From the IMG/VR virus record IMGVR_UViG_3300022594_000001: a DNA stretch of 64,000 bases; one strand, given 5' to 3'. The notes below the pieces were generated by a model, which worked only from the letters and a program-made list of their open reading frames with translations, had not been told where the DNA came from and did not search any database. The translations under genes and the position numbers were made by a program. Source of the stretch: a virus (lineage: Duplodnaviria > Caudoviricetes). Positions 28,219 through 35,498 of this stretch are shown piece after piece (the first letter of the stretch is position 1; each line of letters begins with the position of its first letter).

Positions 28219-28470
28219 TTATAGCTCGTAGGGCATTAACCCATCGTCTATCAAGTCTTCAATACGGTCTTCACGTTCTACATACTCAGCTTCTAAGTCG
28301 TCTGGCTTCATGTTGTTGTACTGTATGAAACCATTACCCTGTATGATATCAGCAAGGAAGTCGTAACTCCCCTCGTCGATATTCGTGAGTATTGTTCGGA
28401 TATCTTGCGCAGTCAAGCGTTCAATTACCTGCTCGCGTGTTAAGTCCTTGTAGAACTTAGTCGTTGCCAT
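28219..28470 (-). CDS. acidic hypothetical protein
   Basis: 83-aa ORF upstream of tRNAs. Confidence 0.75.
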   Translation of the reverse strand: MATTKFYKDLTREQVIERLTAQDIRTILTNIDEGSYDFLADIIQGNGFIQYNNMKPDDLEAEYVEREDRIEDLIDDGLMPYEL

Positions 28471-28648
28471 TTGTCGTGCTTTCGGATTCGTTTAATAGAT
28501 CTGCAATGCGTACTGCAATCTGTTCTGCTTCGTGCTCATTGTCACGTGCAATAATACACAGGACTCGCCCAGGAGGAGTACTCTTAAAGTCGCGAACTAC
28601 AACTCTGTTAGGTGTGTAGTCCTCGCTGAGCGAATATCCGTACCGCAT
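28457..28648 (-). CDS. hypothetical protein
   Basis: 63-aa ORF, coupled overlaps. Confidence 0.6.
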   Translation of the reverse strand: MRYGYSLSEDYTPNRVVVRDFKSTPPGRVLCIIARDNEHEAEQIAVRIADLLNESESTTNGND

Positions 28649-28956
28649 TAGGCTGCTGCTGTTGCCTTAGAGGCCACCACAGCGGGGCCTTTAGCCTTGC
28701 TAGCCTTAGGTGCCTTCTCTTCGAGATACTCTGCAATTGCTGCCTGTGCTGCTGCATCCTGATACTCGTCCATAGTCTGGATTGCCTTGACTGCTTCGTA
28801 CTTGGGCATTGGTGTGTCAAGCTCACACAAGCGAACGTCTTCGTGACCGTGCTTGTCTAGTACTTTAATTCGCATGATGTCTGTTGCGAATCGGACTTTA
28901 TACTCACCGTCGAGTTTACTTACGCCTACTACATTGAATAGTTTATCTGTTGCCAT
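28648..28956 (-). CDS. hypothetical protein with Ala/Lys-rich tail
   Basis: AGGAAGG RBS; TTGACG-17-TATAAT at 29045-29017. Confidence 0.8.
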   Translation of the reverse strand: MATDKLFNVVGVSKLDGEYKVRFATDIMRIKVLDKHGHEDVRLCELDTPMPKYEAVKAIQTMDEYQDAAAQAAIAEYLEEKAPKASKAKGPAVVASKATAAA

Positions 28957-28980
28957 AATATGCCTTCCTAATAAATTAAT

Positions 28981-29271
28981 TTAAATTGCCTTCGTCCGTT
29001 TTTTTGGACTTGCCTTATTATACAATCGTTTGGCAGCAACGTCAACCTTTTTAGGTATCTTTTGGCTGAACTCGCGATCGATATAATACTCTACGAGCAT
29101 ATTCTTAATCATAATAGTTAAGTCATAGCCCACATCATCTGGGCAGATAAAGCGTACAGGACACTTACCCCACCCTTGATATTCTAGGAACTCAGCGTAC
29201 CATTTGCGGTGATCTTTGTTACGTGGATCGAATGCAACTAAAGGTCGAGCGAAGTATTCTAGTTTGCTCAT
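28981..29271 (-). CDS. hypothetical protein
   Basis: 96-aa ORF, WGKCPVRF. Confidence 0.75.
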   Translation of the reverse strand: MSKLEYFARPLVAFDPRNKDHRKWYAEFLEYQGWGKCPVRFICPDDVGYDLTIMIKNMLVEYYIDREFSQKIPKKVDVAAKRLYNKASPKKRTKAI

Positions 29272-29486
29272 AAGTATTTTTGTAAAACCTCGTTAGCTAA
29301 GTTAGTATCTTGAATCGTATCGAGCATGGCCCACACCATTAAATTCATAACCGTACGGGCTTCTCGTTGTTGATCCTCCGGCAGAGTTGCAATGAAGCTC
29401 ATTACATCATCTGTTGTGTCTAGGCCCCACATAACATCTGCTAGGGCCCGTTGGCGTTTCGTTAGACCATCAATCAAAATATCCAT
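29268..29486 (-). CDS. hypothetical protein
   Basis: MDILIDGLTKRQ, coupled to neighbours. Confidence 0.7.
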   Translation of the reverse strand: MDILIDGLTKRQRALADVMWGLDTTDDVMSFIATLPEDQQREARTVMNLMVWAMLDTIQDTNLANEVLQKYL

Positions 29487-29631
29487 CGTCACGCCCCTTA
29501 TGTTTAGGTCGACGTTGATACGTACCTTTCTTTGGCTCTTCCTTCTTTGGCCAGAACGGAGAGTCATCTTGGAAAAGTACACGATGAGCGCGAGTCTTTT
29601 TGCGCTGTGGAACTTGTTTCAAATGCATCAT
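29470..29631 (-). CDS. ArfA-like ribosome-rescue factor candidate (53 aa)
   Basis: SPFWPKKEEPKKGTYQRRPKHKG resembles the ArfA core; TTGACT-17-TATAAT upstream. Confidence 0.45.
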   Translation of the reverse strand: MMHLKQVPQRKKTRAHRVLFQDDSPFWPKKEEPKKGTYQRRPKHKGRDDGYFD

Positions 29632-29672
29632 GTTAGTATATATCCAACGTCGTTCAAAATTGTATTATACAC

Positions 29673-29825
29673 TCAAAGCAAGCGATAGTCAAGTGGGCTA
29701 TTGTGATAGGCAGCTTGTAGTTCAAACTGATCTACACCGTATGCTTGAACAGTGTCTATGACTGCTTGTACGTAATCGCATCCCAACAACATAAGTTGTT
29801 TCATGTGTGCTACTGCTTGGTTCAT
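29673..29825 (-). CDS. small hypothetical protein
   Basis: GGAGCGCGAA RBS, TTGACC-16-TATAAT. Confidence 0.7.
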   Translation of the reverse strand: MNQAVAHMKQLMLLGCDYVQAVIDTVQAYGVDQFELQAAYHNSPLDYRLL

Positions 29826-29897
29826 TTCGCGCTCCTTTTTGTTAAACAATGTGTATATTATACAGCCAAAATCCAAAAGGTCAACCAAAATATTTCT

Positions 29898-29933
29898 AGC
29901 CCCACAGGCTTATTCAAGGCAATCTGTGGGGCT
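29898..29933. repeat. AGCCCC-N24-GGGGCT cassette
   Basis: TAGCCCCACAG/CTGTGGGGCTA 11-bp arms. Confidence 0.85.
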
Positions 29934-29942
29934 ACTCTAGCC

Positions 29943-30035
29943 AAAAAAAAGCCCTAGCATACCGGGAGCGAATCGGGTTTATAGCTAGGGCTTACCACTA
30001 CTAAGGGCTTACCGGGAGCGAATCGTTGGGCCCTT
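29943..30035 (-). ncRNA. tandem-hairpin 3'-UTR RNA/terminator with anti-RBS loops
   Basis: Two stems each enclosing CGAUUCGCUCCCGGUA; second ends in U8. Confidence 0.6.
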
Positions 30036-30054
30036 TACCACACATGTTGCGATC

Positions 30055-30957
30055 TTAGTGTCGCATACACGTTACCTGGGCAGTAGCTTGCCAGTTGCTA
30101 GGCAAACTCTTGCGCAAATCTGCTACCTTAAGAACCATACGCAAAGACAACTCTCGCATCTTGTTCTTATTTAGATCGATAAAGTCTACGATCTCTTGCT
30201 TCTGAGCATCATCAAACTCGTATACATCAAGCATGCCGTCGCCTACAATTTGCTTGATACGCAGCATTTTTTCACGGGTTGTATCTATAGTCAAGTCCAG
30301 GTAGTGACAACGCGACTCTAGGGCTTCTAAGTGATCACGCAGCTTACGCGATTTAACGTGATCGAACTTGATGTTTGTGATAAAGATTGCCCCACCCGCA
30401 AACTCGAACGAGTTGGGTACGGCTTCGTCTTTGAGCGCACGTGAGTCCGTGTTCCAACAAATGACTCGTTTCTTGCTGCTGTCTAAGGCTGCTTTAAGAA
30501 TGTTCAGCGACAAGTCGTCAAGCAGGACGCTATCGCAGTCATCGAAGACAAGGATGCATTTACGATCCTTATACTCATAGAGTTTTTTGTACAGACCCAA
30601 GGCACTCATAGCCCCTTTGACAATCTCGTACTTCTTGAGCTTTGAGTCATTGGCTACGTCTGCGAATACGTCGTGTTTCGATAACACTGTTTCAACACCA
30701 TAGCTCTTGCCAACCCCGGGCGGGCCTGAGACAATCATAGCCCGAACGTGTCCGGCTTTACATGCTCGAGTCATGTCGTCTAAGATGCTAAACCTCGCTC
30801 GTAGACGCTCGATAATCTCGGCATCAGTCTCATGGCTAAGGTCCTTGTCAACTGCTTCGAGTTCAAGACTTCTTACTTCTACTTTAGAAGGCTTGGTGGC
30901 ATTTGCCTGCGTTTCTAAAGCGTTAACCATTTCTAATGTCCATACCTTTCCAACCAT
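30055..30957 (-). CDS. AAA+ family ATPase
   Basis: GPPGVGKS, LVFDDCD, FITN, ALESRC. Confidence 0.85.
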   Translation of the reverse strand: MVGKVWTLEMVNALETQANATKPSKVEVRSLELEAVDKDLSHETDAEIIERLRARFSILDDMTRACKAGHVRAMIVSGPPGVGKSYGVETVLSKHDVFADVANDSKLKKYEIVKGAMSALGLYKKLYEYKDRKCILVFDDCDSVLLDDLSLNILKAALDSSKKRVICWNTDSRALKDEAVPNSFEFAGGAIFITNIKFDHVKSRKLRDHLEALESRCHYLDLTIDTTREKMLRIKQIVGDGMLDVYEFDDAQKQEIVDFIDLNKNKMRELSLRMVLKVADLRKSLPSNWQATAQVTCMRH

Positions 30958-31021
30958 AGTCGCTCCTATAATTATTAATGTAATCCGCTATTATAACAAG
31001 GGCCGAAGCCCTTGTCAAGTT

Positions 31022-31453
31022 TTACCACGAGCTGTGATACTCAAAATCCCAACCCTGTGGAAACTCTTCTAGGATTCGGGCAATGGCTTCTTCGGTTTCA
31101 CGCAAGTCTGCCCAATACCATTCGTCCACTTGATCCGAACCAAAGAAGAAGCCTGATGTTGGAGGCAGCTTACTAGCATCTTTGGTGTCAAGCACTTCTA
31201 GGATCAGCTGTCGCAGGATCTCTAGTTGATCACGCCCGACATAGTAGTTGCCGCAGTCGTCTGTACCGCCCTGCACGTTATCCACAAACCATTTATGGAT
31301 TTGGTTGCTCTTTCGCCAATACATTGCCTCAGCAATAATCTCTTTGACTCGCTTGCCTTCGAGTTCGGGCAAAGCTTCTGCTACCTTTTCGCCAATTTCG
31401 TTTTCGTTGTGCCAAAGAAAACGTTTGGCATTCAAATACATATCAAGTCCCAT
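31022..31453 (-). CDS. early hypothetical protein
   Basis: MGLDMYL, YWRKSNQIHKWF, GFFFGS; GGAGCGAA RBS. Confidence 0.85.
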   Translation of the reverse strand: MGLDMYLNAKRFLWHNENEIGEKVAEALPELEGKRVKEIIAEAMYWRKSNQIHKWFVDNVQGGTDDCGNYYVGRDQLEILRQLILEVLDTKDASKLPPTSGFFFGSDQVDEWYWADLRETEEAIARILEEFPQGWDFEYHSSW

Positions 31454-31518
31454 GTTTCGCTCCTAGGTTAAAGTTGAATTCGTGTGGGCTCTCTCGTTGG
31501 CCCACCCACGTTACTTCA

Positions 31519-31914
31519 TCAGCCTTCCACGCACTGATAATCTTTGTCCCACGCACCAATGCTCAAGTGTGTGTAGAATGCGGTGTCAAAGTAGTCTGTC
31601 ATCGCATCGCTGCGATCGTAATACTTACGACTAGGATTAGCACGACCGGGCGCATTGTGCATGATCTCATTGATCTTTTCAAGCACCATTTGCTCTTCTT
31701 TGTCTGTCCAGTGATCTTTGATCCAGTAAGTGTTAACCTGCACATGACGACGCCCGCCTGTCATGTTCTCGTCAAAGCTGCAGGTACCTTTCAGAATCGT
31801 TACGTCTACGCTAAGGCTACCTGAGCCTTTACGAACGCTAAACTTCCATTTTGGAAAATTAGCTTTGAGTTCTGCACGGATTGCTGACACGTCGTCTGCT
31901 GTAATATATGCCAT
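31519..31914 (-). CDS. LPD29-like domain protein
   Basis: IRAELKANFPKWKFSVR..DAMTDYFD; GGAGCGAA RBS. Confidence 0.6.
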   Translation of the reverse strand: MAYITADDVSAIRAELKANFPKWKFSVRKGSGSLSVDVTILKGTCSFDENMTGGRRHVQVNTYWIKDHWTDKEEQMVLEKINEIMHNAPGRANPSRKYYDRSDAMTDYFDTAFYTHLSIGAWDKDYQCVEG

Positions 31915-31949
31915 TTGGTTCGCTCCAATTGCTGTTGTTGAAGTGTTAA

Positions 31950-32294
31950 TTATACAGTCAGTTCGCCGAATTTAGCTTCCCAACTGGAAATAAATTTAGC
32001 GCCTACATCCAACGAGACGTAGTCGTCGCCTTGCATGCCTTGCTCGCTGTATTCAACGTCAAGTGCAAGGTTATGCTCAATCAAAAAGTGAGTCAAGTCA
32101 CGCAAGAACTGCTTGTCTGTGTAGATCAAACCTGAGTCCTCTGTGTTCCATGTATCTGTGTTAAAGTATACACGCAGTTCGCCAAAGTCTTTCTCCTCAT
32201 TGCAGTAGCCGATCTTCATGTTAGTGATCTCTACAGCTTTGATGTCGCCTGACCAGTAGCCAGTTCCGCTTGTGTTGAAAATTACCTTTTGCAT
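31950..32294 (-). CDS. early hypothetical protein
   Basis: GELRVYFNTDTW, GLIYTD, YSEQGMQG; GGAGCGAA RBS. Confidence 0.85.
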   Translation of the reverse strand: MQKVIFNTSGTGYWSGDIKAVEITNMKIGYCNEEKDFGELRVYFNTDTWNTEDSGLIYTDKQFLRDLTHFLIEHNLALDVEYSEQGMQGDDYVSLDVGAKFISSWEAKFGELTV

Positions 32295-32400
32295 GTTTCG
32301 CTCCATGTGTGTTGCTGCACTATCGCAGTATCATAACTATAACACCAAAAAAGCCAAAATCAAAATTATTTTATCAGTAGTTTCACTAATGTTGTATTTG

Positions 32401-32436
32401 AGCCCCACACTATCGATCAAAACCAAACGTGGGGCT
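32401..32436. repeat. AGCCCC-N24-GGGGCT cassette
   Basis: AGCCCCAC/GTGGGGCT. Confidence 0.85.
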
Positions 32437-32447
32437 AACAAGTCCAC

Positions 32448-32472
32448 AAAAAAAGGGCCCTAAAGCCCTTTC
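32448..32472 (-). terminator. terminator
   Basis: AAAGGGC..GCCCTTT then T tract on minus strand. Confidence 0.75.
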
Positions 32473-32479
32473 AGAATGA

Positions 32480-32608
32480 TCAGTTATCTAGTTCGTACTT
32501 GACCCAGTCTGTCATTTCGTGTACTAACAGATCTGCGTCTGAATCGTACAAGTCATCAAGCTCTTCTAACAGATCTAACTCTTCGTCTTCTGTCATGATG
32601 TTTACCAT
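32480..32608 (-). CDS. very acidic 42-aa protein
   Basis: MVNIMTEDEELDLLEELDDLYDSDAD..; AAGGAG RBS; 16/42 D+E. Confidence 0.7.
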   Translation of the reverse strand: MVNIMTEDEELDLLEELDDLYDSDADLLVHEMTDWVKYELDN

Positions 32609-32640
32609 TTTTTGCTCCTTTGTGGTTAATGGTAGTCAAA

Positions 32641-33339
32641 TTATACAGTCTCTTTGATACGAATAACGAAGCCACTGTAATCTTTTTTGGCACGATGCCC
32701 TTTTACTTTAAGGCCCATCATGCCCACTTTTGGGTCTAAGAAGCGCAAGTCTGTCTCGTCCGCGCTATACATGCCCTTAGGAATCTCATCGTAGACAGCG
32801 GCTACATTCATGCCCGCCTTAAGCGCCTTCTTGACATCTGCATCGTTTGACTCAGCACGGCTGAATGTCAAGTGATAGTTCTTAGGCAAGTTCTTGCGTC
32901 CCAGAACCTTAGTGTAGTCATAGAACTGTACTTCAGGAAAGAGCTCAAACAAGTTAAGTCCAGTCTCGCCCACTTCATACTTTTCCCACGAAAGATCGCT
33001 AGTGCCATTCAAACGGAACACGGGCACCAAGTTCTTCTTCTCGGAGTAATTAATAGCCTTTTGAATGTCCTCTGCTAGCTTGAACATGAACGCAGGACGA
33101 TCTGCAAAGAACTCACGTGTCTTGCGAATACGTGCCTGCTGGATGGTGTTAGTACCGCCATCTTTGAACATACCACCGCGTCCCGCAAGGTTAAGGCATG
33201 CTGCGATACAACCTGCTGTGGCTTTAGGGCATACATTCTTGCCCGACAAGTCGTATGGTGCAAGATGTAGAATCCAAGTTAGATAGCCCTTCTTTTGGCC
33301 CTTGATAGTCTTAGGGTTTCCCTTTGTTAAGTAATGCAT
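32641..33339 (-). CDS. GP88-like protein
   Basis: CPKATAGCIAAC, FRLNGTSDL, FYDYTK; GGAGCGAA RBS. Confidence 0.7.
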   Translation of the reverse strand: MHYLTKGNPKTIKGQKKGYLTWILHLAPYDLSGKNVCPKATAGCIAACLNLAGRGGMFKDGGTNTIQQARIRKTREFFADRPAFMFKLAEDIQKAINYSEKKNLVPVFRLNGTSDLSWEKYEVGETGLNLFELFPEVQFYDYTKVLGRKNLPKNYHLTFSRAESNDADVKKALKAGMNVAAVYDEIPKGMYSADETDLRFLDPKVGMMGLKVKGHRAKKDYSGFVIRIKETV

Positions 33340-33404
33340 AGTTTCGCTCCTATGTGTGTTAAGTTAGAACTAGTATAGCACCAAAAAGATGCTGGTCAAC
33401 CAAT

Positions 33405-33758
33405 TTATATAAAAATTTTACGATTAGTCAAATAAGCCTGCTCTGCTGTGAAGATAGGCTGCTCACCATCTGCATAGACAAAGGTAGAATACTTGTAGGG
33501 ATTGTAAGTTACCGCGATATCGCTAGTGTCACGAATCACTGTATCTACTGCCCCGAACCATTGCCCAACAACACCTGCATGGACATTCTTCTTCTGCTCA
33601 CGTAGAACACGAGCACGACCCGCCTGACTTACACGAAACTGAACATTGTGCAGAGTCACTTCGCTAGCATGTTCAATGACTAGCCCTTTATGTGATCCTT
33701 CAAGCGCCTTGATTGAAAAGACCCGTTTGTGCAAATTATAGTAGACAAATACTCGCAT
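33405..33758 (-). CDS. early hypothetical protein
   Basis: VYYNLHKRVFSI, KKNVHAGVVG, YNPYK; GGAGCGAA RBS. Confidence 0.85.
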   Translation of the reverse strand: MRVFVYYNLHKRVFSIKALEGSHKGLVIEHASEVTLHNVQFRVSQAGRARVLREQKKNVHAGVVGQWFGAVDTVIRDTSDIAVTYNPYKYSTFVYADGEQPIFTAEQAYLTNRKIFI

Positions 33759-33854
33759 GGTTCGCTCCTAGTTAGTATGTCATAAGTATAGCACCAAAAT
33801 ACCAAGAGCAAGAGAAATTTTGCCAGTATTTTCCATGAGTTGCCAAAAAACAAC

Positions 33855-34033
33855 AGTCCCACATGAATCTAGTGCTGCCAATCAATATCATCATGTGGGG
33901 CTAAAGTCAGCCCCAGACTACAGTCAGCAGCAGAGTTTAGATTCCTGGGGCTAAGAACCCCACACTAGACTAGTGATCGATTAATCTGCCCGGGGCGGGG
34001 CTAAAAGAATGGAAACGAGTTTGGTTCAGCCCC
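33855..34033. repeat. three tandem cassettes plus trailing AGCCCC
   Basis: Spacers 36, 32, 35 nt. Confidence 0.85.
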
Positions 34034-34051
34034 ACGAAAATAGATCCAGAG

Positions 34052-34100
34052 TTATCCACAGGTTATCCACAGTTGTAATCTAGCCACAGAGTTATCCACA
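34052..34100 (+). promoter_or_regulatory. three perfect DnaA boxes
   Basis: TTATCCACA at 34052, 34063, 34092. Confidence 0.8.
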
Positions 34101-34166
34101 GTGGCGAAAAAGCCACGTTGTATTCTCGCAACAGTGGCGAAAAAACAACAGTGGCAAAAATACAAC
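34072..34166. repeat. five GTKG-N8-CMAC palindromic units
   Basis: At 34072, 34101, 34117, 34134, 34151. Confidence 0.8.
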
Positions 34167-34196
34167 ACTTCTAGATCTAAATAAGAATTATTCTTA

Positions 34197-34415
34197 TCAA
34201 GGATAATGTTTCGGTTTGGATTTTGGTAATGGATTTGACAACCAGTCTTCAGCTTGACTATGATCATCAAAGCACTCATATTCACATATACCAGAATCTT
34301 CACAGTACTTGAACAAGTGCAAGCGATGAGTCAGAGTGTTAAGACTGACTGCGATATTGCAATCATGATCCTTAACGTGTACATGAGCAATAGTAATGAT
34401 TTCATTGTGCGCCAT
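34197..34415 (-). CDS. hypothetical protein, leaderless late-type
   Basis: TAAATA 4 nt before ATG. Confidence 0.6.
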   Translation of the reverse strand: MAHNEIITIAHVHVKDHDCNIAVSLNTLTHRLHLFKYCEDSGICEYECFDDHSQAEDWLSNPLPKSKPKHYP

Positions 34416-34569
34416 ATTGTATTTACTAGTATATGAAAAATTTACTTTGTTATTCACAGTAGAGTCACAGTGTATATGTGAAAGAATGTTAAAAAGTGTG
34501 ATCTAGATCATGGTGCCACCGTTAGATCAGTCTATACGCAAGAGGCAAAGACTCGAAACGGTACAAAAG

Positions 34570-34588
34570 TGTGGAAAAGTGTGGAAAA
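34570..34588 (-). promoter_or_regulatory. two DnaA-consensus boxes (TTTTCCACA)
   Basis: TGTGGAAAA at 34570 and 34580 fits TTWTNCACA. Confidence 0.5.
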
Positions 34589-34786
34589 GTGCAGAATTGT
34601 GTGAGACAACCTAGAATTTGAATCATTTTCAAGCCTGGTGTGGCTTTTTTACAACAGTTTAGATTTTGGTTGACAATGGTCGTGACAGGCAATGCGACAA
34701 TGAATGGTAAAACCGTCTTTTTCTTATCTATACGCAAGCTAATCTATTCCCCACCGCCTCTTTGTAACGGTTTCCCATAGTGCTCA

Positions 34787-35088
34787 CAGCGGGGCCTACA
34801 CTATATACACGCTAGAATCACATGACTCTACAGCGGGGCCTATGTATATACTACGCTATACACAGTAACCATCACTATAACTGTCCTCTAAGCGCGAGCG
34901 AGTCTTTATATACAAGTTTAGCCATATTTCTTTTATGCTATACACGCTATATGTATAATTACTAGTATATGCACATGTAGTCTTACTAGTGTATATACAT
35001 GAGTTTGTTAATAACTTCTAGTCGCTGCATACGCTAGCATATGGCAGTAAGTTTTACTTGTTATTCGTGTATATACTACAGCGGGGCC
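34787..35088 (+). repeat. CAGCGGGGCC direct repeats around a TA-rich tract
   Basis: Copies at 34787, 34831, 35079 (also 27571). Confidence 0.7.
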
Positions 35089-35116
35089 TGTGCAATATCA
35101 TTTAGGATATTTGTTT

Positions 35117-35305
35117 ATGAATGCATATACAGTATATAAAGTCTTAACTCATGGCAGTCGTCAATTGCTCTTAGTCAATGACGGCCTTCGGATTAGTCTT
35201 TGTGTATATGATGAACACACAGGGCAAACTCTAGTACGCTTATGTGAGCCTACTATAGAAGAGTTTACTCATGCACTAGCTGTAGTCAAGGGCGAGGCTT
35301 CTTAG
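35117..35305 (+). CDS. hypothetical protein
   Basis: AGGA RBS; ORF track starts at GTG 35090. Confidence 0.5.
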   Translation: MNAYTVYKVLTHGSRQLLLVNDGLRISLCVYDEHTGQTLVRLCEPTIEEFTHALAVVKGEAS

Positions 35306-35498
35306 CTCGTTCTCTTATGTGTGCGCGGAATCGCTTGTATATGTAAGGATCTTCAGTGGCTAAACTAGCCAGATATGCTGCTAGGAAACCTGCTGCCCAT
35401 ATATAGCCTGTTCGTCCGTCACTTTGTGTGTAGGGATTAGCAGCTTTGAGTTCTGCTAGTATGGCTTCGGTGAACTGCTTTTGTTCTGGAGTTTGCAT
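35286..35498 (-). CDS. hypothetical protein
   Basis: TAAATA 4 nt before ATG. Confidence 0.65.
   Translation of the reverse strand: MQTPEQKQFTEAILAELKAANPYTQSDGRTGYIWAAGFLAAYLASLATEDPYIYKRFRAHIRERAKKPRP

Noticed and set aside
24530-34002. Integron attC or REP/BIME identity for the cassettes
   Set aside because: No RYYYAAC/GTTRRRY ends, no one-gene-per-site layout, no integrase or RAYT in window
25223-34033. CRISPR array reading of GGGGCT..AGCCCC 'repeats' with 32-36-nt 'spacers'
   Set aside because: Linker between cores varies in length (0 to more than 40 nt) and sequence, no 25-40-nt conserved repeat, no leader, no cas gene in window
33975-34530. oriC-like GATC (Dam/SeqA) cluster
   Set aside because: Several GATCs are present but some fall within a gene and GATC is common elsewhere; enrichment cannot be shown without counting
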